Shown in pieces: positions 10,868-22,080 of a stretch of DNA of 64,000 nt. Position numbers and translations under genes: made by a program. Under the pieces are notes generated by a model. The model was not told the DNA's origin, ran no database searches, and saw nothing but the letters and a program-made list of their open reading frames with translations. The DNA lies in the NCBI GenBank assembly GCA_963833985.1, contig CAWIAD010000002.1, positions 2,976,001-3,040,000 on the forward strand. Direction: 5' to 3'. Source of the stretch: an uncultured Planctomycetaceae bacterium (lineage in GTDB: Bacteria > Planctomycetota > Planctomycetia > Isosphaerales > Isosphaeraceae). Numbering within the stretch: the first letter of the stretch is position 1; every line of letters starts with the position of its first letter.

Positions 10868-12645
10868 GTGGACCAGCTCTTGATGATCGGGTTCCGGAAC
10901 GCGGCACTGGCGACGGTCCTGTGCTGCGCGGTTGCCATGATCGCGCGCGGGCTCGCCCGCCGGCCGGCCATCGTCCACGGTCTCTGGCTGATGGTCTTGC
11001 TGAAGCTGATCACTCCGCCCCTCTTCGATCTGCCGATCCCCGGCAGGGATCTCGGGTTCTCGATCGCCTCCTCGGCGCCAGAACATCCCCGGCCGCGGTT
11101 CATGGCAGAGGTCGGGACGGCACGGCCGCAGCCTGGGCCTGCCGTGCCGCCAGCACCCGACTGGACCAGGTGGCAATGGCAAGCCCTGCTGGTCCCCTGC
11201 CTTGCGTGGGCATGGCTGGTCGGCTCGACACTGGTGCTCGTCCAGGCGGTGCTGCGAATCGTCCGGTTCCAGCAGGTCCTTCGCCAGGCCGCTCCCGCGC
11301 CTGAGCATCTGCGCGGCCAGGCTCGCACGCTCGCGGCCTGGCTGGGGCTGAAGCGAGCACCGCAGATCAAGCTGGTGGACTACCCGCTCCGGCCCTTGCT
11401 CTGGGCCGTGGGCCGTCATCCCGTGGTGATCCTGCCGCGCGGCCTGTGGGAACGATTGGACGAACACCAGCAGTCGATGATTCTCGCTCATGAGCTGGCA
11501 CACCTGCGGCGCGGGGATCATGTCGTCCGAATGCTCGAGCTGGCGGTCACCGTCATGTACTGGTGGCTGCCGGCCGTCTGGTGGGCGCGTGCCGCGCTCC
11601 GCGACTCTGAAGAAGAATGCTGTGACGCCTGGGTGGTCTGGGCGTTTCCGGACGGAGCCCGCCAATATGCCGAGGCTCTCGTCGATACCGTGGAGTTCCT
11701 TGATCAGCCCCGGATCCTCAAGCCGCTGGCGGCCAGCGGCTTTGGCCGGGCACACCACTTGCGCAGGAGATTGACCATGATCATGATGGGGAAGACGCCG
11801 CGCCGCCTGGGCTGGGCCGGGCGCTGAGCATCCTTGGACTCTGTGCCTTGCTCTTGCCGGTCGCGCCAAGCTGGGCCCAGAAGCCCGCTGAGAAGAGGCC
11901 GGGGGACACCACGACTGCCGCGGAGAAGATTCAGGAGCCGGCCAAGGCCGCGGAGCCCCACCGGTGGAGCGTGATCGTTCTTTCCGCGGACGGCGGCGAG
12001 AAAGTGATCAAGGCGGATTCGCTCGACCAGGCCACTACCATCATTCAACAGCACATCGAGAACATTAGCAAGCAAGCGCGAACGCCGGAGCGTGCGGCCC
12101 AGCTCGACGCCCTGGCACAGGTCCTTGCTCAGCTTCAGAAGTTGAAGGCACCGGCGCTCCACGCCGCGGTGGTCCGCTCCAATACCGTCACGGTCAAGGA
12201 CAATCCCGGCTCATTCGTCATCCGCAATCCCGGCGCGGTCAAGGACGATCCCGGCTCATTCGTCATCCGCTGGGACACTGACACCAGGGATGAGAAAGAC
12301 AAGACCGGCACCAAGGCCAGGATCGACCAGGCCAGGTCACGGATCGAGATACTGACTGCGGAACTGGAGCAGGGGCAGCAGCGACTGAAGGCAGCCCAGA
12401 AAGAACTGGACGCGCTGATCACCGGACAAACCCACGCCGAAGCGACAGCCGCGATCGTGGAGAACCCGCAACTGGGTTGGAAACTGACGAAACATGTGAC
12501 GCCGGTATATTCCGCGCAGCTCCAGACGCCGGCGACCACCCCGCGGCTCTCGAAAGACACAGACCGCTTGCAGACGCTGGAGAAGAGGCTCGCGGAGCTG
12601 TCGGAGCTATTCCAGCAATTGAAGCAGCAAGAAAAGCCGAAGTGA
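10868..12645 (+). CDS. M56 (BlaR1-type) metallopeptidase with coiled-coil C-terminal extension; frameshift near 11820
   Basis: AHELAHLRRGD, EEECCD, LRRRLTMI; second frame continues with hydrophobic segment then coiled coil. Confidence 0.85.
12193..12270 (+). repeat. Intragenic direct repeat encoding VKD(N/D)PGSFVIR twice
   Basis: GTCAAGGAC(A/G)ATCCCGGCTCATTCGTCATCCGC repeated with 45-bp period. Confidence 0.8.
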
Positions 12646-12783
12646 TGGGGCGCCGCGGCTGTACCGGCCCGCGGGCTCGGTCAACGCCGCGCGACTCACG
12701 TCGGGCGGACCCGGGCGGGACTTGTTCCCGCCCTTTATGCTTTCGAACAGGCGAGGCATCGCAGGAGATGCACCACGATCGGC

Positions 12784-13257
12784 TCAAGAGCCACCCGGGG
12801 AGGCGGACGCGCGGCTGGCGGCCTCGAACTCGGCGAGGTAGGCCAGGGTGCGCTCGAGCTGGTTCTCCAGGTGGCGAACGCGCAGCAGGCTGCGGATGCG
12901 GCACAAGAGCTCGGTCTTGTTCACCGGCTTGGTAAGAAAGTCGTCCGTGCCGGCCTGTACCCCGCGCTCGAAATCGGAGGCCTCGTTGAGCGCAGTGACC
13001 ATCAGGATGAGCAGGTCCTTGGTCTGCGGGTTGGCGCGGATCGTCCGGCAAACCTCGAAACCCGAGAGCCGGGGCATCATGATATCGAGCAGCAACAGGT
13101 CGGGCTGGAACTCCTCGACCAGTCGAAGCGTCTCTTCACCGTCATTGGCTGTCTCGAGCTCGCACTCCAGATCGCCAAGGTACGCCTCGAGCAATTCGAC
13201 GTTCTGCGCGTTGTCGTCGGCGATGAGTATCTTCGGGATCGTTCTGGGCTCGTTCAA
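12784..13257 (-). CDS. Single-domain response regulator (receiver)
   Basis: ILIADDN, LLLDIMMP, MVTA, FLTKP; start uncertain (TTG at 13257). Confidence 0.9.
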   Translation of the reverse strand: MNEPRTIPKILIADDNAQNVELLEAYLGDLECELETANDGEETLRLVEEFQPDLLLLDIMMPRLSGFEVCRTIRANPQTKDLLILMVTALNEASDFERGVQAGTDDFLTKPVNKTELLCRIRSLLRVRHLENQLERTLAYLAEFEAASRASASPGGS

Positions 13258-13732
13258 CGCCAAACCTCCTCGGGGAACCAATCGGCCGCCGGCATTCCTA
13301 TAGGGGAGCCAATCAAACTCTGCCACGCGGGGCCGGGTCGTCCGGAGCGCCGCGAGGCACGGCCGAATTCCCAAGGGCTCGACCAGAGGCGAACTTTCGG
13401 TCCTTGAAGACGGAGCCGCCCAGCGCTCGCGGATGGACGCGAATCGCCGTTGGCCACGGCCTGCACACGGGTTATCGGTCCGCGCTCGCCGCCGATTCTA
13501 CTCCTTCAGTCGTCTCGCAGGAATCGGAATTGCAATGTGGTTGCACCATGACGGAGGAATCAGAAGTGCGGATCGTGTGATCTTTGGCGAAACTTCCTGG
13601 CGATGTGGGAAAAGCCAGCGCTCCCCAGATTGCCTCCCGGTCCAATTCTGCTAAGATTATAATAATTTCGCGGATACATCCTGTGCCGATCAGGCTCGAC
13701 CTCCTCAAGTCTCCACTCTGGGAGTTGCCACC

Positions 13733-14311
13733 GTGCCTCTGAGCGAGATTGATCGTAAGCTGATCGACCGATGCTTGGGACGCGAGCCCGGAGCCTGGAA
13801 CGAATTTGTCGACCGCTACGTGGGGCTGATCTACCATGTCATCCAGCACGTGGCCCATGCTCGCAGCCGCGTCGTCTCTCAGGCCGACATGGAAGATATT
13901 GCGGCCGAGGTGCTGCTGCGTGTCGTCGACGACGACTACGAGATTCTGCGGCGCTACAAGGGGGCCAGCTCCTTACCCACTTACCTGACGGTGATCGCCC
14001 GACGGACCTGCATCAAGGAGATGATCAAGCGCCGGCGCGAGGCGGAACTTGGCCACGCGAACGCCCATCGGGCCAACATCAGCGATCCCTCCGGTGAGGT
14101 TGAGGCCATTGCCACGGCGGAAGAAGTGGAGCGCATGCTCGAGGACCTGCCCGAGCGTGAGGCTGAGGTTGTCCGCCTTTACCACCTCAAGTTCATGAAT
14201 TACCGCGAGATCGGCAAGCGGCTGGGAATCCCGGAAGCCTCGGTCGGGCCGATTCTCTCCAAGGCGCGGAAACGGCTGCGAAACACCGCGGAGCACCGCA
14301 CCGCCATGTGA
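13733..14311 (+). CDS. ECF sigma-70 family factor
   Basis: AWNEFVDRY, DMEDIAAEV, region 4 LPEREAEVVRL..YREIGKRLGIPEASV. Confidence 0.9.
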   Translation: MPLSEIDRKLIDRCLGREPGAWNEFVDRYVGLIYHVIQHVAHARSRVVSQADMEDIAAEVLLRVVDDDYEILRRYKGASSLPTYLTVIARRTCIKEMIKRRREAELGHANAHRANISDPSGEVEAIATAEEVERMLEDLPEREAEVVRLYHLKFMNYREIGKRLGIPEASVGPILSKARKRLRNTAEHRTAM

Positions 14312-14326
14312 GTGGGCGAATTGAGC

Positions 14327-15538
14327 TCAGCGCTCCAGAGCAATCCCCGGGTTGACGGCCAGCGACGTGCCGACTCCTGCGGCCGGGTCTCCGGGTGCCG
14401 TGGGAACGGGGGCCTCCACGACATCGAGATCGACGATCGGCAGCAGGATGACATTGCTGGAGCGGTCCTTGTTCCGCTGCCCGCGTAGATTGGCCGTGGT
14501 GTCGTCGCCCGTCGAACTCGCGGGCGGCGCGAGGCGGACGTGCGCCTTCGGCTCCGGCACCGGGATCGATTCGCGAACGGCCGTAGCGCCGGCGCCGGCG
14601 CCGGCAGTTTGCTTGCGGCGGGCTGCCTCGGCCAGGTTCACCGCCGTGTAACCGGAAATGGTCGGTTGCACGAACCGGGCCGTCCGCTTGCTGGTGTCAA
14701 ACTGGTTTACCCGAGCATCCTTGAGCACGACATCCAGCGTGAGTAGCTCCTTCTTCCATTGCAGGACGATGCTCTCCGGCAAGACGCACATCGGCCTGTC
14801 GGCCGAGCTGGCAGGGTCCGGCTCCCCGGCGTCCACGGGTAACTTGCGATACTTCTTGATGCTGGCCTGGGCAATCACCTCCTTGCCGTCGACCGAGATC
14901 ACCCGGAACTCCTTGACCCTGCGGGTGCTGTCCGAAACGACCATCACACGTGAGTACTTCTGCCCGCCGGCCACCCTGGGAGCGAACGTGAGCAGCGTCG
15001 TACCCGGGTCGGGCCCGGGACGGATCCTGATGCGGGCGGCCTCGTTGGTACTGATCTCCTTCAGTCCCATGGCCTCCACGATCCAATCGGGCTGGTAGCT
15101 CACGGCCAGGTTGGTGGAATTCAGGTCGGCATAGTCGCAGAAATAGACCGAGCGGTCCTTGCTGTTCTTGTACCAGAACCAGAACCGTTCGTCGTTGGAA
15201 CCGATATCGGCAATGGTGGACATCTTCGTGGCCAGCTCGAGCTTGAAGTTGCGGGGTCGCTCGACCGCCAGATGTCCTGCCACCGCGCCGCTGCGGGTGT
15301 CGCCCTGCGGTCCCATGGTGATCGTGATCGCTGGCCTGGCCTCGACGCTGGAGATCAATTCGGCATTGCGATTGTGTTCGGCCACGAACTCGTTGAGGTC
15401 GAAGGCCGTCTCCAGCGGCTGGACGGCCGGCGCCCGGTTGCGGGCGATCGACTCGGTACCGGCCGTACGACAACCGGCCAGGCCCAGGGCAGCCATGATC
15501 ATCAGCATCGCCAGTCGCGGACGTGGCGCGAGTATCAT
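14327..15538 (-). CDS. Putative lipoprotein (possible LolA/sorting-like fold)
   Basis: Lipobox LGLAGC; ERPRNFKL..DIGSNDERFWFW; 403 aa. Confidence 0.7.
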   Translation of the reverse strand: MILAPRPRLAMLMIMAALGLAGCRTAGTESIARNRAPAVQPLETAFDLNEFVAEHNRNAELISSVEARPAITITMGPQGDTRSGAVAGHLAVERPRNFKLELATKMSTIADIGSNDERFWFWYKNSKDRSVYFCDYADLNSTNLAVSYQPDWIVEAMGLKEISTNEAARIRIRPGPDPGTTLLTFAPRVAGGQKYSRVMVVSDSTRRVKEFRVISVDGKEVIAQASIKKYRKLPVDAGEPDPASSADRPMCVLPESIVLQWKKELLTLDVVLKDARVNQFDTSKRTARFVQPTISGYTAVNLAEAARRKQTAGAGAGATAVRESIPVPEPKAHVRLAPPASSTGDDTTANLRGQRNKDRSSNVILLPIVDLDVVEAPVPTAPGDPAAGVGTSLAVNPGIALER

Positions 15539-15781
15539 GGCTCAATCCCCTGGAAACCGGAAAACCCGGGCCTCGGACTAGGATCCTTCATCCCCCCGGT
15601 GAAGTGCATTCCCGGCACCCCGGTGGAGAGCAAGGACCGATCCAAAACCGGCACGCAAGATGAACACGGAGTGGAAATCACGAAGGGACGCTCAACTTAG
15701 TGCATCTTGGCCGGGAGCACAAGCGCGATCTCCGGCGGGAATGCGGAACGCTCCGGCTCTTCGTATCGGCCGCGAGAGTGC

Positions 15782-16975
15782 TCAACTTGCGAGAAATCGC
15801 TCCAGGGAATCGAATCCCTGGTCGATGGTGCTCATGTCGGTGGCAAAGGACATCCGCGCATAGCCCTCGGCCCCGAAAGCCGAACCCATCACCAGGGCAA
15901 CCCCGGCCATGGTCAGGGCGGTCATGCAGAACGAGGTCGAGTCCACCACGCTCGTTCCGCCCAGTGAACGGCCGAAGTGACCGCTGACGTTCATGAACGC
16001 GTAGAACGCCCCGCCCGGAGGAGTGCAGCGGACGCCAGGCAAACCGCCGATCCGGTCCAGCACATGATCGCGGCGACGAGAAAACTCGGCCTTCATCGCC
16101 ACAACAGAGTCCTGTGGCCCCGTGATCGCTTCCAGCGCGGCCCACTGGCTGATCGAGCAGGGATTGCTGGTCTCCTGGCTTTGCAAGTCCCCCATGAACC
16201 TGGAGATCGCCGGAGGCGACACGGTCCAGCCGATGCGCCACCCTGTCATCGCATAACTCTTGCTGACCCCGGAAACCGTGATCGTCCGATCTTTTAACCC
16301 GGGCCGCAAGCTTGCGAAACAGGTCGGCACGGCGTCGCCGTAAGTGAGCTGCTCGTAGATCTCATCGGACAGCACGCCCACATCGGTCTGTAGCACCGCG
16401 TCGGCGAGGGCCTCGAGTTCGGACCGGGAGTAGACCACTCCCGTGGGATTGGAAGGGCTGTTCATCATCAGCAATCGCGTCCGCGGAGTGACTGCATCCA
16501 GCAACTGCGCCACGGACAGCTTGAAGCCGCATTCTTCCGATGTCTCGAGAATGACCGGAATCGCCCCCGTCAGCTTCACCAGGTCCGCGTAGCTCACCCA
16601 GTAGGGAGCGGGAATGACCACCTCATCCCCAGGCCCGCATACAGCCATGAGTGCATTGTGGATGGAATGCTTCGCACCGTTGGAGATGACCACTTCCCCC
16701 ATGGCGGTCGGCAAATGGTGATGCCGCGTGTACAGATCGGCGACGGCCTGGCGCAGCTCCGGGATGCCCGCGGCCGGAGTGTAATGGGTCTTGCCCTCCC
16801 TCATGGCACGAATCGCCGAATCCCGGATGTTTGCAGGCGTGTCGAAATCCGGCTCTCCCAGGGCGAAATCAAAGATTTGCAAACCCTTGGACTTCAACCG
16901 TTTAGCTTCGGCTGCCATGGCCAGTGTTGCGGACGGCTCAATCAACCCAGACCTTGCCGCGAGTGGAAGTGGCAT
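15782..16975 (-). CDS. aspC: Aspartate aminotransferase (class I/II PLP-dependent)
   Basis: GEPDFDTP, NSPSNPTG, SDEIY, SKSYAMTGWRIG. Confidence 0.92.
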   Translation of the reverse strand: MPLPLAARSGLIEPSATLAMAAEAKRLKSKGLQIFDFALGEPDFDTPANIRDSAIRAMREGKTHYTPAAGIPELRQAVADLYTRHHHLPTAMGEVVISNGAKHSIHNALMAVCGPGDEVVIPAPYWVSYADLVKLTGAIPVILETSEECGFKLSVAQLLDAVTPRTRLLMMNSPSNPTGVVYSRSELEALADAVLQTDVGVLSDEIYEQLTYGDAVPTCFASLRPGLKDRTITVSGVSKSYAMTGWRIGWTVSPPAISRFMGDLQSQETSNPCSISQWAALEAITGPQDSVVAMKAEFSRRRDHVLDRIGGLPGVRCTPPGGAFYAFMNVSGHFGRSLGGTSVVDSTSFCMTALTMAGVALVMGSAFGAEGYARMSFATDMSTIDQGFDSLERFLAS

Positions 16976-17593
16976 GCCAGTTCCTTTCTTCGCTCATTAG
17001 TTCCTTGGTAGCCATCGAAGGTAGCCGATGAGGTACCAGCAGAAACCGCTCGTCCATTCAATCCCCGGGACCTGGTGGTCTCTCCCGTCGCTCCCTTTGT
17101 CTTCCAAGCATACACCGGCTGACAATCCCAGGTTCCGACCGCGGCCCGGTCACGCGCCACATTCGCGGTATGGCCCGGGGAAGTGATCGCCGCGAAACGC
17201 AACGGGACGATGTCTAACCGAGGCAACAGACGAAGTTTACCGATCCCCCTTACTTCTCCTAGCTTCCGTAAACGATTTGCACGTGCCAGCGGGGCATGAT
17301 AAGTTATGCTATCAGGGCAAGCAGTGACGATTTTGGACCGCCCCGGATCGGGAATTCTGAGAGGACCTGCTTCTGGAACTCGGATTTTGCAGGGCCGCCA
17401 TCAACGAAGCAAGGGAAGCGGGCAGGTCCAGGACAAACAGGATTTATACGGGTCAGGCGCGGGTCGACCGGGGCGGCTTCGGCCATCGATACGTCGCCGG
17501 CGTCGGGCCAGCAGAAAAGGATTGACGGGTTCGCGGATAGGGAATCCCACGCTGCATCCAGGTTGTCGCTACGTCCGAGGGTGGGAGAGGAAC

Positions 17594-18873
17594 ATGTGCC
17601 GCGTCGTCGTGACCGGAATTGGTGTCGTCGCTCCCAACGGGATTGGCCGCCAGCAGTTTTGCGAGGCCATCCTGGAAGGGCGTTCCGGCGTCGGTTACAT
17701 CGAAAGCTTCGATACAACGGGGCTGCCGATCAAGATCGCCGGTGAGGTTCGAGACTTCGACGTCCTTCCCTACCTCGGCGAGTATCGCAAGAACGCCAAG
17801 CTGATGAGCCGTGCGGTTCGCTTTGGCGTGGGCGCGGCAGCCATGGCGGTGGATGATTCCGGCATACGCCCTGACCGGCTTGACCCGGGTCGGATTGGCG
17901 TCTGCATGGGAACCGGAATCACCCCGATGGACGTGGGTGAGCTGGTCACCCCCATCTTGAGGAGCATCGACTCCAGCGGCAGTTTCGACCTGGCGCGGTT
18001 TACCCAGGAGCGATCGGAATCCATTTTCCCACTCTGGTTGCTCCAGCACCTGCCGAACATGGCGGCGGCGCACATCTCGATCCTCCATCACGCCATGGGG
18101 CCGAATAACACCATCGTCACGGCATGCGCGGCGGGAACCCAGGCCGTGGGCGAGGCCTTCCGGCTCATCGCTCGCGGCGATGCCGACGTCATGCTGGCGG
18201 GCGGCTGCGACAGCCGGCTTGATCCGCAACTCATGGTGGCGTACTCCGCCATGAAGGCGGTGAGTGCCTCGCTCCGTCCTCCCTCCGAGGTATCGCGGCC
18301 CTTTGACGCCGAGCGCGACGGCTTCGTCCTGGGCGAAGGGGCCGCGGTCCTGGTGCTCGAAAGTTACCCGCGTGCGCGGCAGAGAGGGCGCGAATCTATG
18401 CGGAGATCACCGGCTACGGGTCATCGTTCGATGCGTTTGGAATCACCCGCCCCGAGCCCGAGGGCAAAGGGGCTGCGCTGTCCATGACCGCGGCGCTTCG
18501 CGAGGCCCGGCTGGACGCCTCCGACATTGACTACATCAACGCACACGGTACGAGCACGCGGCTGAACGACCTGATGGAGACCGTTGCGGTCAAGAGAGTC
18601 TTCGGCCCGCGTGCCACGTCGATTCCCATCAGCTCGCAGAAATCGATGATCGGACACCTGATCGGTGCCTCCGGGGCCGTTGAGGCCGCGGCGACCGCGC
18701 TGTCCCTCGAACGCGGCGTGGTTCCTCCCACCATCAACCTGGCCACTCCCGACCCCGCGTGCGATCTCGACTACGTTCCGAACACCGCCAGGGAAGTACC
18801 GGTGCACGCGGCCATCTCCAACAGCTTTGGTTTCGGCGGCCAGAATGCCTCGCTTGTCATGTCGCGCGTGTGA
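17594..18873 (+). CDS. fabF: Beta-ketoacyl-ACP synthase II-like; frameshift near 18390
   Basis: [14 protein letters not shown] (Cys), NAHGTST, KSMIGH, NSFGFGG. Confidence 0.85.
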
Positions 18874-19109
18874 CGGGGGGTCTTGGGCGGCTGCCTGTTC
18901 GCTCATGGGACGGCATGGCACCGCCGGTTGTCAGCAGGTGCGGCCTTCTACCGGCGCGGTGCCTCCACAGCGCGCTCTTTGACATCCCCCGCGCCAGGAC
19001 GTAGGTTTCTTCTTGGAGTCCGCCTGACATCGTCGCGGGCCCCCGCGAATCAAGGTTGAGCAGAGGACCGCGTTGGACAACGGTCACGCGGATCCACCGG
19101 AACATCGCC

Positions 19110-19550
19110 ATGAGCGCTTCAGGACGAGATCGTGGTAGGTATGGATCAGCAATCTCCGGCCACGGAATGGACAGGCGCCAGTCCTGCCGCTACCCAGCGG
19201 TGATCAAGGCGATGGTGCTTTCGCTGAACGACACCGCAACGCCCACGGATCACTCCGTTCAACTGGAAAACGTGTCAATGCAAGGCTGCTTGATCAAGTC
19301 GCCGCGCGGTACCAGGATCACGCCCGGGCAGCGGGTGCGGATGCGCGCATTAGGCGAGATCAGCACCCCGTCGGTTGAAGGCATCGTCCTTTCCGTGTTC
19401 AAGCCGTTGCTCGGCAAGCGATCCGTTCGCATTCGGTTCCTGGCGCCTCTGTCGTACCAGACCTTCAAGATGCTGGTCTACGGGGTGGAAGGGGTCGACA
19501 AGAACCAGCGGGATCGCCCGGAATACGAGAACGACCAGTTCTGGAGATAA
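19110..19550 (+). CDS. PilZ domain protein
   Basis: DRRQSCRY (RxxxR) and ENVSMQG (D/NxSxxG) motifs. Confidence 0.75.
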   Translation: MSASGRDRGRYGSAISGHGMDRRQSCRYPAVIKAMVLSLNDTATPTDHSVQLENVSMQGCLIKSPRGTRITPGQRVRMRALGEISTPSVEGIVLSVFKPLLGKRSVRIRFLAPLSYQTFKMLVYGVEGVDKNQRDRPEYENDQFWR

Positions 19551-19583
19551 GAGCCACCCGCCCGCTGCCCCGGCACCGTCGCC

Positions 19584-20966
19584 TCAAGCACCGGCGGCCA
19601 GGTCCGGCCGTAGCACCACCCGTTCCCCTTCCTTCAGTCCCGCTGTGACCTCGAGCCACTCCCTGGTCGCGTGCCGCGTGACGACGGCGCGCCGTTCGGG
19701 ACCCCGGGGCCCGATCACGAAGCAGTATTGCTGGTGGCTGAGAACCGTCATGGCGGAAACCGGTATCACCAGCGCCCCGGTCATCGTTCCGGTATCGATC
19801 TGCACGACGGCCGACATCAGCGGCAAGAGTCGCGGAGGGGTTTTGTCCAGGCGTACGTGCACGATGAAGTGCCGTATGCGCTCATCCCATTCCTTGTCGT
19901 TGGTCGAGGAGAGCAACGTGACGGAACTGACCGTTCCGGGGAGTTTACGACCGCCCAGGGAGGCCACCTCGACTGCGGCCTTCATGCCCACCTTGACCCG
20001 CGGCCCCATCGTTTCGTTGACCGAGGCCTCGACCTCCATGCTCGAAAGGTCGGGCAGCGTGAACAGCTCCTGCTTCTCGTAAACGCGCAGGCCAGGCTGG
20101 AGCGGGGTTCGTCTCCAGAACCCTTTCAGGGAGTAAACGGCGATGCCTTTCTGAGGCGCTCGAATCACGCAGCGATCGACCTGCTTCCGGATGTATGCCA
20201 GTTCCTCTTCCTCGGAGCGAACCCGGGCCGATTCCAGCAGGTCATTGTGCCGGGCCATCGCGATCTCGCCCTCCAGACCAACCATCTCCTTATGAATCTG
20301 GAACTTACGGAACAGATTGAACTCCCCCTCGGTCTTTCGCAGCTCATGCTCGGCCTGGGCCAGCGTCTGCCGCTCGGCAACGAGCTGCGCCTGCGAGGCA
20401 TAACCCTTGGCGAACATCCCCTCGGTCCACGCGAGGTGATCGCGCATCTTTTGCGTGTCCGCTCGACCCAGGGCAACCTTGCCCTCGAACTCCTTGGTGC
20501 GCTGCTCGACCAGACCATCGCGGTATTCGCGCAGGGCGATTTCCGCCGTTTCCAGCCGCAGCCGTGCCTGGACCGAGGCGGAACGTGCCTCGCCGAGGCG
20601 GATCTCCTGCTTGCGGGCTAGCTCGTCCAGTTCCGATGAATCCAGGCGGCAGAGCTCGTCTCCCTTGTTCACAGGCGTGCCGTTCTCTACCACGCTGATG
20701 ACCGTTGTTCCCTCGGACACGGTGATGTCCTCGACCTCGCATTCAATCGCCGTTTCCTTGGTCGCCTGGAGATCGCCGCCGGCCAGGATCGACGTCTCCA
20801 GATCCATCCGGCGGACCTCGACCCATGGAAGCTCTGTTTCGGGCCCCCGGCTGGCGGGCACATTCCGGTCGGCGGCCAGCAGCCAGGCTCCGCCGATGCA
20901 CGCCGGGGCTGCCAGCACGCAGAGACACAGCCAGCACCAGGACACCCTCGAAAGTCGACCTGCCAT
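19584..20966 (-). CDS. HlyD/RND efflux periplasmic adaptor subunit
   Basis: V..GTPVNKGDELCRLD, long coiled coil, IRAPQKG, terminal GLKEGERVVL; start uncertain. Confidence 0.85.
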   Translation of the reverse strand: MAGRLSRVSWCWLCLCVLAAPACIGGAWLLAADRNVPASRGPETELPWVEVRRMDLETSILAGGDLQATKETAIECEVEDITVSEGTTVISVVENGTPVNKGDELCRLDSSELDELARKQEIRLGEARSASVQARLRLETAEIALREYRDGLVEQRTKEFEGKVALGRADTQKMRDHLAWTEGMFAKGYASQAQLVAERQTLAQAEHELRKTEGEFNLFRKFQIHKEMVGLEGEIAMARHNDLLESARVRSEEEELAYIRKQVDRCVIRAPQKGIAVYSLKGFWRRTPLQPGLRVYEKQELFTLPDLSSMEVEASVNETMGPRVKVGMKAAVEVASLGGRKLPGTVSSVTLLSSTNDKEWDERIRHFIVHVRLDKTPPRLLPLMSAVVQIDTGTMTGALVIPVSAMTVLSHQQYCFVIGPRGPERRAVVTRHATREWLEVTAGLKEGERVVLRPDLAAGA

Positions 20967-21660
20967 CCCGGCGCTCCCCTTGTGACGACCCCGCTCAAGC
21001 CCCGGCCCCCCACCGGGCGCCGCGGAACTACTACCTGGCAGGATGACCGAGCGAACCCTCCGCCATGTCAACGACAATTGTAAGATGAAATTCTTTGCAA
21101 AGCAATGGGGACCTCGAGCGCGGATGGCATTTCGTCTGGACGGCGATCGTAGCCCGACATCCAGTTGAGACGCACGACGATGGTTAGCGGTGCTGTTGTC
21201 GCGATCGAAACTCTTCACGAGAAGGTATCAGTCGGGCGGATCGATCCGGCGACACTGATAACACCCGCCCCGTTACTCAGGGCTGTAGCACACTTTGGGG
21301 AATGGAACAATTCCAGGCCAGTTCAACATATCCCGGGTCCATGGCCCGGGGGTGTGGAGCAGACCGCCGGTGCCCACCTTGTCGACCTCGGACCCTGCCG
21401 GCTATGGGATGGGGTGCGAGCGAACGAACGAATTGAGGAGGTCATCGCCGCAGAGGGTAGCAAGCGAACGAACGAAGTGTAGGAACGTCGTGGCGGGGGA
21501 CTTAGTTCGTTCACTCACATCGCTCGCAGGGCTGAAGACCAGGGGAGGAGGGGCATGCCAGCGGAATGCCGGAACGGTTGAGGCCGGGGTAGTCGGGGCG
21601 GGTGGCTCTGCTTCCTGGAGCCGGTCTCCGCCATCTCCGTGATTTTCTCCCGCCGCCCTT

Positions 21661-22044
21661 TCAGATCCCATAACGCCTGACAGATCGGGTGGGCAAATCA
21701 TCGACCTCTTTCCAGTCAAGCAGCCAGGCTTTCACCAGCTCGAACGCCTGTCCCATGTTCTCGAAAGTGCCCGCTTCGCTCCATGCCCCTCGGAAAGCCC
21801 CGGCAGACCCCTTCAGGCTGCTTGGCAACACGGAGATGGCCCCCTGCATGTTGTAATGCAGCGTCCCCAGAGGTTCGTCAGCAGGACCTGTCCCAGGCAA
21901 CAAATCCTTTCGCCAAAACCACACCCATCGCCGGTCCTTGATAAAGACGTCATCCTTGCGCAGACGCTCCAGATCGACTCCTTGCTCAAGAGCAAGGGAA
22001 ATCAGCTCACGCGCCACCGCCCGGGAATTGTCGATCGGATCCAT
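21661..22044 (-). CDS. Hypothetical protein (candidate immunity/partner of adjacent kinase)
   Basis: 127-aa ORF with strong RBS AAAGGAGGAG, immediately downstream of the mini-kinase. Confidence 0.7.
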   Translation of the reverse strand: MDPIDNSRAVARELISLALEQGVDLERLRKDDVFIKDRRWVWFWRKDLLPGTGPADEPLGTLHYNMQGAISVLPSSLKGSAGAFRGAWSEAGTFENMGQAFELVKAWLLDWKEVDDLPTRSVRRYGI

Positions 22045-22080
22045 TTGCTCCTCCTTTCATCCCAACCACGGATCGTGCCG

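Noticed and set aside
16976..17593. Riboswitch or ncRNA in the long aspC-fabF intergenic region
   Set aside because: No recognisable conserved RNA motif by eye; needs an Rfam search.
18361..18420. Programmed frameshifting in fabF and other split genes
   Set aside because: No shared slippery sequence; frequency across unrelated genes points to sequencing error.
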